DNA of 63,098 nucleotides, filler included. It is 13 parts of 13 records of this genome, joined end to end, with 100 filler letters (N's around TTAATTAATTAA, not from the genome) between each part and the next. Parts side by side here need not be neighbours in the genome. Positions count along the whole stretch, not along the records: positions 40,358 to 44,010 come from SRR20825015_269; positions 44,111 to 47,815 come from SRR20825015_271; positions 47,916 to 50,272 come from SRR20825015_361; positions 50,373 to 60,094 come from SRR20825015_362; 9 more parts are not named here. One strand, given 5' to 3'. Of this stretch, positions 42,872-52,592 are shown piece after piece; positions within the stretch are counted from its first letter, which is position 1, and each line of letters opens with the position of its first letter. Below the pieces are notes generated by a model. That model had not been told where the DNA came from. It ran no database searches and saw only the letters and a list, made by a program, of their open reading frames with translations. Made by a program: the position numbers and the translations under genes.

Positions 42872-43357
42872 TCAAATGCGCTGTTTCACGGTTGCCAGCG
42901 CCTGCCGGAAGGCCCCCGCAAAACTCTCGCGGTCATCCGGATTGAGAAAGGCGCCGATCTCGGTCCGTCGACCCTCGCCCGCAAGCGCCATGCGGGTGAT
43001 GCCGAACGCGTCGTGGCGGTCGACCATGAAACGCGCCCAAAACGGATTGTAATGCGCCTCCAGCCTCTTGCCCGCCGGCGTCACCTTGGTGACGGATATC
43101 TCAAGCCGCGACACCCGAACATGCTCGCGCTCAAGGGCTCTGCGATAGGAAAGTTTGAATGCGGCATAAAGGCCGGCGAATGCCGCAAGGCAATAAAGCG
43201 CGATCGGCCAGGCCCCGTGGGCGGTGAAATACAGCATGTTCGGGACGAAGCCGAGGGCCGCGAGCGAGAGCAGCACGCGAAAACCCTTGCGCCCCAGAGA
43301 GCGATGGGGGAAAAGTTCAGCCGAAAAGACCGGCCTGTCATCAAGCGCTTCGGTCAT
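42872..43357 (-). CDS. DUF2244 membrane protein
   Basis: F.A.L.PHRSL..KGF, GAWPI, EIGAFLNPDDRESFA. Confidence 0.88.
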   Translation of the reverse strand: MTEALDDRPVFSAELFPHRSLGRKGFRVLLSLAALGFVPNMLYFTAHGAWPIALYCLAAFAGLYAAFKLSYRRALEREHVRVSRLEISVTKVTPAGKRLEAHYNPFWARFMVDRHDAFGITRMALAGEGRRTEIGAFLNPDDRESFAGAFRQALATVKQRI

Positions 43358-43380
43358 TGCGCGTCGAGCCAGATTGAAAA

Positions 43381-44010
43381 ATGACAAAAACCAGAACCGC
43401 AGTCAGCACCCAAAGGCGCAAAAAGTCAAATACCGGCTGGGCCAGCGCCTACAGCGAGGCGGAGATTCGCGAGATTTTCCGACGCTTCGAAATCCAGCGG
43501 CCGGAGCCGAAGGGCGAGCTGGAGCACACCAATCCGTTCACGCTGCTGGTCGCCGTCGCGCTTTCCGCCCAGGCCACCGATGTCGGCGTCAACAAGGCGA
43601 CCCGCGCGCTGTTTGCCGAAGTCGGGACGCCGGAACAGATGGTGGCGCTCGGCGAGGAACGGCTGATCTCCCATATCAGGACCATCGGGCTCTACCGCAA
43701 CAAGGCCAAGAACGTGATCGCGCTCAGCCGCAGGCTGATCGATGATTTCGGCGGCGAGGTGCCGAGAACCCGCGAGGAACTCGTCACCCTGCCGGGCGTC
43801 GGCCGCAAGACCGCCAATGTGGTGATGTCGATGGCGTTTGGCGAGGCGACCATTGCCGTCGATACCCATATCTTCCGGATCGCCAACCGCATCGGCCTTG
43901 CCCCCGGCAAGACGCCGGACGAGGTGGAGGCCAGGCTCGAAAAGATAATTCCGGACCAATACCTGTTCCACGCCCACCACTGGCTGATCCTGCACGGCCG
44001 CTATGTCTGC
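43381..44010 (+). CDS. nth: Endonuclease III, 3'-truncated
   Basis: FTLLVAVALSAQATDVGVN, LPGVGRKTANVV, AVDTHIFR, HHWLILHGRYVC. Confidence 0.97.
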
Positions 44011-44110
44011 NNNNNNNNNNNNNNNNNNNNNNNNNNNNNNNNNNNNNNNNNNNNTTAATTAATTAANNNNNNNNNNNNNNNNNNNNNNNNNNNNNNNNNN
44101 NNNNNNNNNN

Positions 44111-44256
44111 TCATCCTCGGGCTTGACCCGAGGATCCATTCTGCGCTCGACGCCTACGTTTGCGGTGATGTTTGCGCTCGGACGGATGGCTTTGCTGTAG
44201 GCTCAAAGGCGCCGCCGAGAATTCTGCCTGGACCCTCGGGTCACGCCCGAGGTGAC
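44111..44256. repeat. REPIN-like inverted pair of REP palindromes
   Basis: TCATCCTCGGGCTTGACCCGAGGATCCA (44111-44138) and an inverted degenerate copy TGGACCCTCGGGTCACGCCCGAGGTGAC (44229-44256). Confidence 0.8.
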
Positions 44257-44361
44257 CCAAGCAAGGGGAGAATTTGTGGAACGTACCGGAAATGCCGCTG
44301 AACTGGTTGGCCTCTTCGGGCTTGGCCTTTTGCCGCTCTGCCTTTCTGCCTCTACCGCCTC

Positions 44362-45234
44362 TCACCCCGGTCGTCGAAACAACCGGCTCTGTTCGAACAG
44401 CCCTTCCAGCACGCTGATGCGTTCGCGGGTTTTGTCCCAGCTTTTCGATTGCACGGCCTCGATCAGCGCTTCCACCACGAACAGCGTGACAACCGAGGAA
44501 TCCCAGGCGGAGGGCGCCTCGATGTGGACGCGGAAGGTGTGGCGGGCGAATTTGGCGACCGGGGAGGCCCACTGGTCGGTGAACAGGATGATCTCGAGGC
44601 CGTTCTCCTTCGCCACCCGCGCCAGCACCGCCATGTCCTGTTCGTAACGGCGGATGTCGAAGATCACCAGCACATCGCCCTTTGCCATGTTCAGCATATG
44701 CTGCGGCCATGAGGAGGAGTTCGACGACATCAGCGTCGTCTTCGGCCGGATCACCTGCATGTGGGTGAAGAAATAGCTGGCAAGCGCGCCGGTGATGCGC
44801 CCGCCGACGAAATAGACCCCGCGCTCCAGATCGGAGAGAAGATCGGCGGCGCCCGCAAACGTCGCCTGATCGATCTGCGTCAGCGTGCGGCGCATATTGT
44901 CGATCGCGGCCTCGCCGAAGCGGTTCAGGATATGGGTTTCTGGAACATTGCGGGCGAGGCGGTCATGCTTGGCGATCGGGTTGGAAAGCGTTGCCTCCAA
45001 CTCCTGATGCAGACGCCCCTGAAACTCGCCATAGCCCTTGAAACCGAGCTTTTGCACCATGCGGGCAACTGTTGGCGTCGAGACGTCGGCGTTGTCGGCG
45101 AGCGTGGTGATGCTGCCGAGGCCGGAGACCGGATAGTTCTCCCGAATTGTGTCGGCGAGCCGCTTTTCCGATCGCGTCAGTCCCTCATAGCTTGCGGCGA
45201 TAATGTCGGCGACGGTCCGGATGGTGTCTTGCAA
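44362..45234 (-). CDS. MurR/RpiR-family regulator (HTH-SIS)
   Basis: LTRSEKRLA, VSTPTVARMVQKLGFKGY, FDIRRYE, FTDQWASP, APSAWDS. Confidence 0.93.
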   Translation of the reverse strand: MQDTIRTVADIIAASYEGLTRSEKRLADTIRENYPVSGLGSITTLADNADVSTPTVARMVQKLGFKGYGEFQGRLHQELEATLSNPIAKHDRLARNVPETHILNRFGEAAIDNMRRTLTQIDQATFAGAADLLSDLERGVYFVGGRITGALASYFFTHMQVIRPKTTLMSSNSSSWPQHMLNMAKGDVLVIFDIRRYEQDMAVLARVAKENGLEIILFTDQWASPVAKFARHTFRVHIEAPSAWDSSVVTLFVVEALIEAVQSKSWDKTRERISVLEGLFEQSRLFRRPG

Positions 45235-45296
45235 GGGCAGCTCCTCGAATTCACTGCCATTAAGAAACGCGGCGACTTTTCCGTCAATGGCAAAAA

Positions 45297-45354
45297 TGAA
45301 GAGAAGTTTTCAAAGCGCGATTGACATCGATGGCGTTCTGAAGAACTATTTACA
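45297..45354 (+). promoter_or_regulatory. sigma70 promoter flanked by two putative RpiR operators
   Basis: TTGACA 45321-45326, 17 nt, AACTAT 45344-45349; TGAAGAGAAGTTTTCA (45297-45312) and TGAAGAACTATTTACA (45339-45354). Confidence 0.6.
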
Positions 45355-45382
45355 AAAAGAAACACGAAATCCAGGGGATCGG

Positions 45383-46153
45383 ATGCTGGAAATGTCGGGG
45401 CTTCTGAGCGCCCGCGACGGTGCGCCTGTTGCCATCGAACGCGCGGAAGCGGAAAGCGATATCGTGCTGATCTGCGAACATGCAAGCCGGCGTGTTCCCC
45501 AAAACCTGGGCGATATGGGGCTGAGCGAGGACCTTCGCAAAAGCCACATAGCCTGGGATCCGGGTGCGCTCGCGGTGTCCATGCTGCTCAGCGAGGCGCT
45601 TGATGCTACCCTTGTCCACCAGCGTTTTTCGCGGCTTGCCTATGATTGCAACAGGCCGCCGGAAGCCAAGGACGCCATCCCCGAAATCAGCGAAATCTTC
45701 GAAATTCCCGCCAACCGCGGATTGGGGCCGGTCGAGCGCGCCGCCCGGGCAGAAGCGCTCTACCTGCCGTTTCACCAGGCGATCGAAAATCTGCTGGTCG
45801 CGCGACAGGATGCGGGGCGTTCTCCCGTCATCGTCACCATCCATTCCTTCACGCCGGTCTACAAGGGCGTGTCCCGCGATGTCGAGATCGGCATTCTGCA
45901 CGACAGCGACAGCCGGCTTGCCGATTGTATGCTGGCGGGGGTCACGGGCGGCTACGACGTTCGGCGCAACGAACCCTATGCGCCGGTCGATGGCGTGACC
46001 CACACGCTGCGCCGCCATGCGCTGACGCGCGGGCTCGCCAATGTGATGATCGAAATCCGCAATGATCTGATCGCCGATGAGGCCGGACAGGCGCAGGCCG
46101 CTGGCTTTATCGCCGGGCTTCTCGGGCAATGCCTCGAAGAGGAGGCGGGTTGA
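45383..46153 (+). CDS. N-formylglutamate amidohydrolase-family protein
   Basis: CEHAS..VP, HIAWDPGA, SRL.YDCNRPP, TIHSFTPVY, NEPY, MIEIRNDLI. Confidence 0.9.
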   Translation: MLEMSGLLSARDGAPVAIERAEAESDIVLICEHASRRVPQNLGDMGLSEDLRKSHIAWDPGALAVSMLLSEALDATLVHQRFSRLAYDCNRPPEAKDAIPEISEIFEIPANRGLGPVERAARAEALYLPFHQAIENLLVARQDAGRSPVIVTIHSFTPVYKGVSRDVEIGILHDSDSRLADCMLAGVTGGYDVRRNEPYAPVDGVTHTLRRHALTRGLANVMIEIRNDLIADEAGQAQAAGFIAGLLGQCLEEEAG

Positions 46154-46662
46154 TGCCGCAGGCGATCAGGACCTATGTGCGCTATGTCGACGGTTTTAAC
46201 CGCGTGATCGGCCGCATCGCGATGTGGCTGATCTTCGTGATGATGGGCATCCTTTTGTGGTCTTCAGTGTCGAAGACCATGTTCAACCCGTCGCTCTGGA
46301 CCCTGGAAATGGCCCAGTTCGTGATGACGGCGTATTATATTCTCGGCGGCGCCTATTCGCTGCAAATCGACAGCCACGTGCGCATGGATCTGATCTATGG
46401 CCGCTGGACGCCGCGCCAGAAGGCGGCGGTCGATGCCGTCACCGTGATCATGCTGTTTACATATCTGATCTTCCTGCTGATCGGCGGCGTGTCGTCCACC
46501 CAATACGCGCTGAAATATGGCGAGACCTCTTATTCGAGCTGGTCGCCCTATATGGCGCCGATCAAGATTGTCATGGTTTTCGGCATCTTCCTGATGTTTC
46601 TTCAGACGACCTCGATTTTCTTCAAGGATCTGGCGAAGGCGCTGGGGAGGCCGATTGCATGA
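46153..46662 (+). CDS. TRAP transporter small permease (DctQ)
   Basis: About 4 TM helices, WTLEMAQF, HVRMDLIY. Confidence 0.9.
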   Translation: MPQAIRTYVRYVDGFNRVIGRIAMWLIFVMMGILLWSSVSKTMFNPSLWTLEMAQFVMTAYYILGGAYSLQIDSHVRMDLIYGRWTPRQKAAVDAVTVIMLFTYLIFLLIGGVSSTQYALKYGETSYSSWSPYMAPIKIVMVFGIFLMFLQTTSIFFKDLAKALGRPIA

Positions 46663-47815
46663 ACCTCTCCTATGAAATGATCGCGCTGCTGCTGTTCTTC
46701 TCGATGATGATGACGATGCTGACCGGCCAGCGCGTGTTCGCCGCGATCGGCTTTGTCGGCGTGGTGGCGGCGGCGGCGCTGTGGGGCACCGGGGGCACCG
46801 AACTCGGCTTTTCGGCCAGCATGAAGCTGATGAAATGGTATCCGATGCTGACGCTGCCGCTGTTCATCTTCATGGGCTACATGCTGTCGGAATCGGGGAT
46901 CGCGGAAGACCTCTACAAGGCGTTTCACGTCTGGATGGGCGGTCTGCCGGGCGGGCTCGCGGTCGGCACGATCCTGCTGATGGTCGTTATCTCCGCGATG
47001 AACGGGCTTTCTGTCGCCGGCATGGCAATCGGCGCCACCATCGCGCTGCCGGAACTTTTGCGGCGCGGCTATGACAAGATCATGGTCTCCGGCGTCATTC
47101 AGGCCGGTTCCTCGCTCGGTATTCTGGTGCCGCCGAGCGTGGTGCTTGTGTTGTACGGCATGATCGCGCGCCAGCCGGTCGGCAAGCTCTGGCTCGCGGG
47201 CGCGCTGCCCGGCCTGATGCTTGCCGCCCTGTTCATCATCTACATTGTCATCCGCTGCCGCATGAACCCGGCGCTCGGGCCTGCACTTCCGAAGGAAGAG
47301 CGCGATATGCCGTTGGCTGAGAAGCTGAAATTGCTGCGCGCGGGCATCATTCCGTTCCTGATCTTCTTCCTGATGATGGGCCTGTTCCTGATGGGCATCA
47401 CCAGCCTGACGGAAAGTGCTGCCATCGGCGCGCTCTCGGCGCTGGTTGCGGCTCTCTTCAAGCGCCGGCTGACATGGAAGCTCCTCAACAAGACCATGGA
47501 GCAGACGCTCGGCATTTCCTGCATGTTCATGTGGATCATCGTTGCAGCACTCTGCTTCGGCGCGGTGTTCGACGGTCTCGGCGCGGTCAGGGCGCTGGAA
47601 CATCTGCTGCTTGAAAAATGGGACCTCGGGCCCTGGGAAATCCTGATCCTGATGCAGATTTCCTACATCATCATGGGCACGTTCCTGGATGACACGGCGA
47701 TGCTGGTGATCGTCGCGCCGCTCTACGTGCCGCTGGTCGGTCATCTCGGCTTCGATCTTGTCTGGTATGGCGTGCTCTACACCATCCCCTGCCAGATCGC
47801 CTATATGACGCCGCC
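46659..47815 (+). CDS. TRAP transporter large permease (DctM), 3'-truncated
   Basis: LPLFIFMG, GSSLGILVPPSVVLVLYG, MGTFLDD, QIAYMTPP. Confidence 0.93.
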
Positions 47816-48035
47816 NNNNNNNNNNNNNNNNNNNNNNNNNNNNNNNNNNNNNNNNNNNNTTAATTAATTAANNNNNNNNNNNNNNNNNNNNNNNNNNNNN
47901 NNNNNNNNNNNNNNNTTAAAATACTCTTTTCATATCTGTTTTGTTATCTTCCTCTATATTTATTCGACATGTTTCCTTTTCTTGCTGTTCCCAACATAAA
48001 GTCAGTTTGTGGTTTACGGTTTAGACACGACCATA

Positions 48036-50099
48036 ATGAACATAGACAACAACAACACCGTCCACTACACAGTGGAAGCCTTTCAATGCAATCCATTGAT
48101 GATGATAGGTATAGTTGCCTTTATGCCTACCTCTCGGCACCAGGCCCTCATGTGTTGTGCGGGTTTGGTTGGGTACGGTGCTTTTAGAAGGTTCATGACC
48201 GAATGGCGGACTAGTGGTAATACTACCACCCCTACCAACCACACCACGAACACAACTACAGTTTTACTCACAAACATTGATAACGAGGAGAGTGACTTCT
48301 TTACAACAAATGTTGAGAATGATAATGTGTGCACCCCCATGAGCGTATCATTGATATCAGATGATTGCCACTCCTCATCTTCGCCCACTCCTACGGAGAT
48401 TCTCTCAAACACAACATCACCACCTCCATCACCGTTATCCGCACTAACGCGTATTCGGTACATAAGCCGTATTTATCGAGACTTCAAAAAACAGCGCCAC
48501 ACCGTTTATGATAGCGATCAAGATGTTACGCTTGTCGATAAGTTAGATGTTGATATGTTACTCCACACCCCTCGTATTACGACAGTTGTTCTGAGTGGAG
48601 GTGGTCACGTCGGTGTTGGTGGGGAGGGTGGAGATGCAATGATACCTCCCTCCTCCTCCTCTTTGTCATCACAAAAACAAGGTGCTACTAATACTACCCG
48701 CACCCTTTGCTTTAACCTTATTGCCCTTTCGCCGGGTCTGAGGTTCATTAATCTCGACGGCCTTGACAACATCACCACCATCAGTAAGCAGTTCCTTTCG
48801 GGGTGCACAGGGCTGGGTACTGATAGTAGTAGTGGCGGTAGCATTGATCTGTACCCCCTTCGCCACATATCAATCATACCTGAGGGATTCCTCTCTGGGT
48901 GTACGGGCCTGCAATCTATTGATTTCACACCCATGGTGAAGATCATACGATTGCCCATGTACTTCCTTTCTGGATGCAGGGGTCTCAAGTCGATTAACTT
49001 TGGGGGGAGTAGTGGTGTCACAACGATCCCCACGGGTTTCCTCCAGGGCTGCACAGGCCTGGACACGACCCTCCCCAACAGTTTCTTCAAAGCCTTTACA
49101 AACGTCACCACCATCAACGGCTCCTTCATGGCCAATTGTTCAAGCTTAGCGACCATATCGTCTTTTGAGGGTCTGGAAAGGGTTCAGTCCATTTCCAGAA
49201 ACTTTTTGGGTGGCTGTGTTAGTTTAAAGAATGTTAATTTCACCGGATTGACTCGAGTAGACGCTCTTCTAGATGATTTTCTTCTAGGATGCAATCAAAT
49301 CGAGTTTCTGGATTTCAGCCCCATGTCAAGTGTAACAACACTATCATGGAACTTTCTGGTGGGATGCACAAGCCTGAAGACGATTCATTTTGGCACCCGC
49401 TCTGCTTCCATCCACAATAACGGTACTGCTGCTCTCAATGATACTAGCGAGGCATACGCCACCACTACTACTTCTGTCACCACTAGTGTACCCAACACTA
49501 CCACCACACCACCTGCTGTTGGGATGGTAGCAGTTCGCGTCATTCCTTGGGGCTTCATACGCCGTTCCCCTTCCATCGAAACCCTCAACTTCAACACATT
49601 CAAAAACGCCCACACGATCCCGGATTCATTCTTAATGTCATTTACAAGACTGCGGTCTGTCGATTTGAGAGGGTTGGAAAATGTAACATCACTTTCAACA
49701 AATTTTCTGGCTGGGTGTGTGGGGTTACAGGAGGTGACATTTGCCGCCTTCTCTCTTGTAACGGTACTCCCAGAGCGGTTTATGCAAGGATGTGTGCGAC
49801 TACAAGGAATTAGTTTCACGGGGCTAGAAAACGTCAAAGTTATCTGCACTGGATTTCTGGAGGATTGTAGTGGACTGACATCGCTTGATTTTGAACCCCT
49901 CGGGGCGGTGAATTCGATCTCAGCAGGGTTCTTGCGTGGATGTGCCTCCCTACACACAATCACACACCTTGATGCAATTATAGTTAATATGCAGGAAGTT
50001 CGTCGTATTGCATACAAATCATCACCACTACTGCCACATGGGTTTCTAGAAGGATGTTCCAACCTTCCCCCAACATTCGAAACAACATACGTACTATAA
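48036..50099 (+). CDS. Intron-less eukaryotic BspA-like leucine-rich repeat protein
   Basis: Roughly 15 repeats of L..V..I...FL.GC..L..IDF; N-terminal hydrophobic segment and Thr-rich linkers. Confidence 0.85.
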   Translation: MNIDNNNTVHYTVEAFQCNPLMMIGIVAFMPTSRHQALMCCAGLVGYGAFRRFMTEWRTSGNTTTPTNHTTNTTTVLLTNIDNEESDFFTTNVENDNVCTPMSVSLISDDCHSSSSPTPTEILSNTTSPPPSPLSALTRIRYISRIYRDFKKQRHTVYDSDQDVTLVDKLDVDMLLHTPRITTVVLSGGGHVGVGGEGGDAMIPPSSSSLSSQKQGATNTTRTLCFNLIALSPGLRFINLDGLDNITTISKQFLSGCTGLGTDSSSGGSIDLYPLRHISIIPEGFLSGCTGLQSIDFTPMVKIIRLPMYFLSGCRGLKSINFGGSSGVTTIPTGFLQGCTGLDTTLPNSFFKAFTNVTTINGSFMANCSSLATISSFEGLERVQSISRNFLGGCVSLKNVNFTGLTRVDALLDDFLLGCNQIEFLDFSPMSSVTTLSWNFLVGCTSLKTIHFGTRSASIHNNGTAALNDTSEAYATTTTSVTTSVPNTTTTPPAVGMVAVRVIPWGFIRRSPSIETLNFNTFKNAHTIPDSFLMSFTRLRSVDLRGLENVTSLSTNFLAGCVGLQEVTFAAFSLVTVLPERFMQGCVRLQGISFTGLENVKVICTGFLEDCSGLTSLDFEPLGAVNSISAGFLRGCASLHTITHLDAIIVNMQEVRRIAYKSSPLLPHGFLEGCSNLPPTFETTYVL

Positions 50100-50798
50100 T
50101 GTAAGTAAAGTATTTATTATTATTCAGTGTATGTTTTTATTGATGCCATCGTATACCGCCCTTTTGGGTGGCACACATCGTATTGAAGAATCTGTGTTAG
50201 CTACGCCTTTTTAAATTGGCCCGTCATGTACAGTACACTTTCCCCCCTCACACTCCTCCTTTTCACACACACNNNNNNNNNNNNNNNNNNNNNNNNNNNN
50301 NNNNNNNNNNNNNNNNTTAATTAATTAANNNNNNNNNNNNNNNNNNNNNNNNNNNNNNNNNNNNNNNNNNNNGCGTGTGTGTTGGGGTGTCCAAGTAACG
50401 GAGCGCGTGCGAATGCAAAACGAAGGAGATAGGTGTCGGTTTCCCCATCAGACAGCGCAACTCGACGGAGTTATTGGAAGGACAGACGACAACGTTCAAA
50501 ATCATTGCTGATCGCGCCCGAGAATTGTGCGTAGTGTGAACGATGAGTGTGGTTGGCTGAGAGGCGTTCTTGTACGGGGATTGAACAGTGAGCGAAAACG
50601 CAGCGCTCGTCTCATTACCATTTGGTGGCAGATCCATCATTGCGTACATCCTCCCAAGCCTCCTTGCATGTGTCATCAATGTCCAAGGTAGGGCCTTTTG
50701 GCGCCGCGTCAGCCAATCTTTTGCACGTCTCCATGGCAAGATTGTGTTGTGATGTCAAAATCAAAGCCATTGGTCGAGGATTGAACGGTTAGAAAGTC

Positions 50799-52453
50799 AT
50801 GATCACCTACGACAGGTCGTCGTGGCGAAAGATTATCTTTCGGTATCATGGGTCAATCCTCTTCAGATGCTGGCCTGAGGTCCTCATAGCTATCGGCATC
50901 AGTACGTAATCCCTCCCTTAGTGCTTGGCCCCGCCCTAGGTTTGGTCTCTGGAAGCTGATCTCTTCCTTTCCTGAAAGGTCTTATCGCAAGAGCAATTTT
51001 CCTTGATAACACTGATGGCTGGGGAAACACCATGATGGCACACAACATCGTACGTAGTCAACGCACTGGTCTATTCACCACGCACTGCCTTTGATTGATC
51101 CAATCTTCTTCTAACTTTCTTCTGCTACTTTAGATTGCTACCCCTGTCGCCATCTTGGTCGTGTTTCGCACCAACACCTGCGGGGGAAGGTAATACCTAG
51201 TCCTTCGTTTCCCCTTTTCAGTCCCTGTTGACACAAACCGATTGTGCGCACGTCATACAGATACGAACAATCCAGGAACAGTTTAGGTGGTATTTTGCGC
51301 GCAGGACGAGACCTTGTCAGATTGTTGTCTCTCGCACGACCCAAAGGTACTAGAGTCGCCTCTCCCAGTGACATGTGACCGACAAAACTGAACCGCCGCT
51401 GATTTCGTAATCATAGTCGACACCAACAAGGAAACTGAGGAGAAGCTCTCAGCTCTTGTTCAAGATATTGGCAGACAAGTGGCGCTGTTTTTTCATCTCG
51501 CTGTGTTTCAGCTCCAAGGCGAGCGAGACTTCTCAAGCATCCTCGAGTACATCAAACCAGAGGTTTGTTCCCTTGTCAGTCTTGAAGCTGAGTTGAGGCA
51601 ATTCTGAGACAAGGTTTTTAGGAAGAGGAAGAGTTGAAGCATATCAAGCAGAGGCCGTCTCATGTATTGAATTGGGTCACCCACCAGTTAGGTATGTATG
51701 GATGAGAACATCCAACGTGTGCCGAGTGCCTTTTCGACCAACGTATGAGATCGCTGCAGTTGAAAATAGGGCGTTGTTGGGCCTCGATGAAGCATTAGAA
51801 ATGGTAGTTATGGATTGCATCTACGAGTTGGACACGCATTACGCAGGAGCCATGAAGGTGAAAAGCACCCCCCTCGCCTTCCCATACGCGCAGGTACCGA
51901 AGGAAATCCTCAATGAGAATGTCACCGGCAACACCCTAACTTTGTGCATTGTCCTGCTCAGCATGTGAAATTGCTTTTGGTCCTTTGGTGCTTTTCTGCT
52001 CCTTTTGCGATGTATCCCCTAGCTGGGGGCTTCACGATGATTGGAGTATCCGTCCTGGCCCTAGTCTTCTTCGGTATGGCAGGCTGTCTCCGAATGTTCT
52101 TCGACTTTGTTTGATGATCTCATTAACCTTGCTCTAGGGATTGAAAGAATTGGAATGGAAATAGAAGATCCTTTTGGAAACGATCTCAACGATCTGCCAG
52201 TTCACGCTATTTGTAAAACTCACGAAGTATGTTCCTCTCGACACTCAGCATATTTCATGTTCTTACCATCAGCTACCGCGACTAGAACGACGTCCTTCAG
52301 TTGCTGCGCACGCAAGAGAGCGCGCCACTCAAGACCAAGGAGCTCCCAGATGGTGTTGCACCTAATCCGATTGAGACCCCAAAGTGGTTGCATGCTCTTG
52401 GGATATCTCGCAGGAGTGACGTGGCCACAGCGATGAAGAATCGGAGGCGGTAA
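50799..52453 (+). CDS. Bestrophin-family anion channel (bacterial/VCCN-like), multi-exon
   Basis: Spliced reading MITYDRSSW..IF..HGSIL, AILVVFRTNTCGGRYEQSR, TPLAFPYAQ, GIERIGMEIEDPFGNDLNDLP; many short GT-AG introns. The last acceptor, and so the exact end, is inferred. Confidence 0.85.
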
Positions 52454-52592
52454 CGAATTGTGGTCCTCAAATCATTGTAGTTGTTGTAGCCTTGGTATTT
52501 AAATGAGTTTAATTTTAAAAAGAATGAATTTCATAGTGATTGAAAGTTGACAACGATGTCACGGACACCAGAGCATGAAGAATTCCAACACC

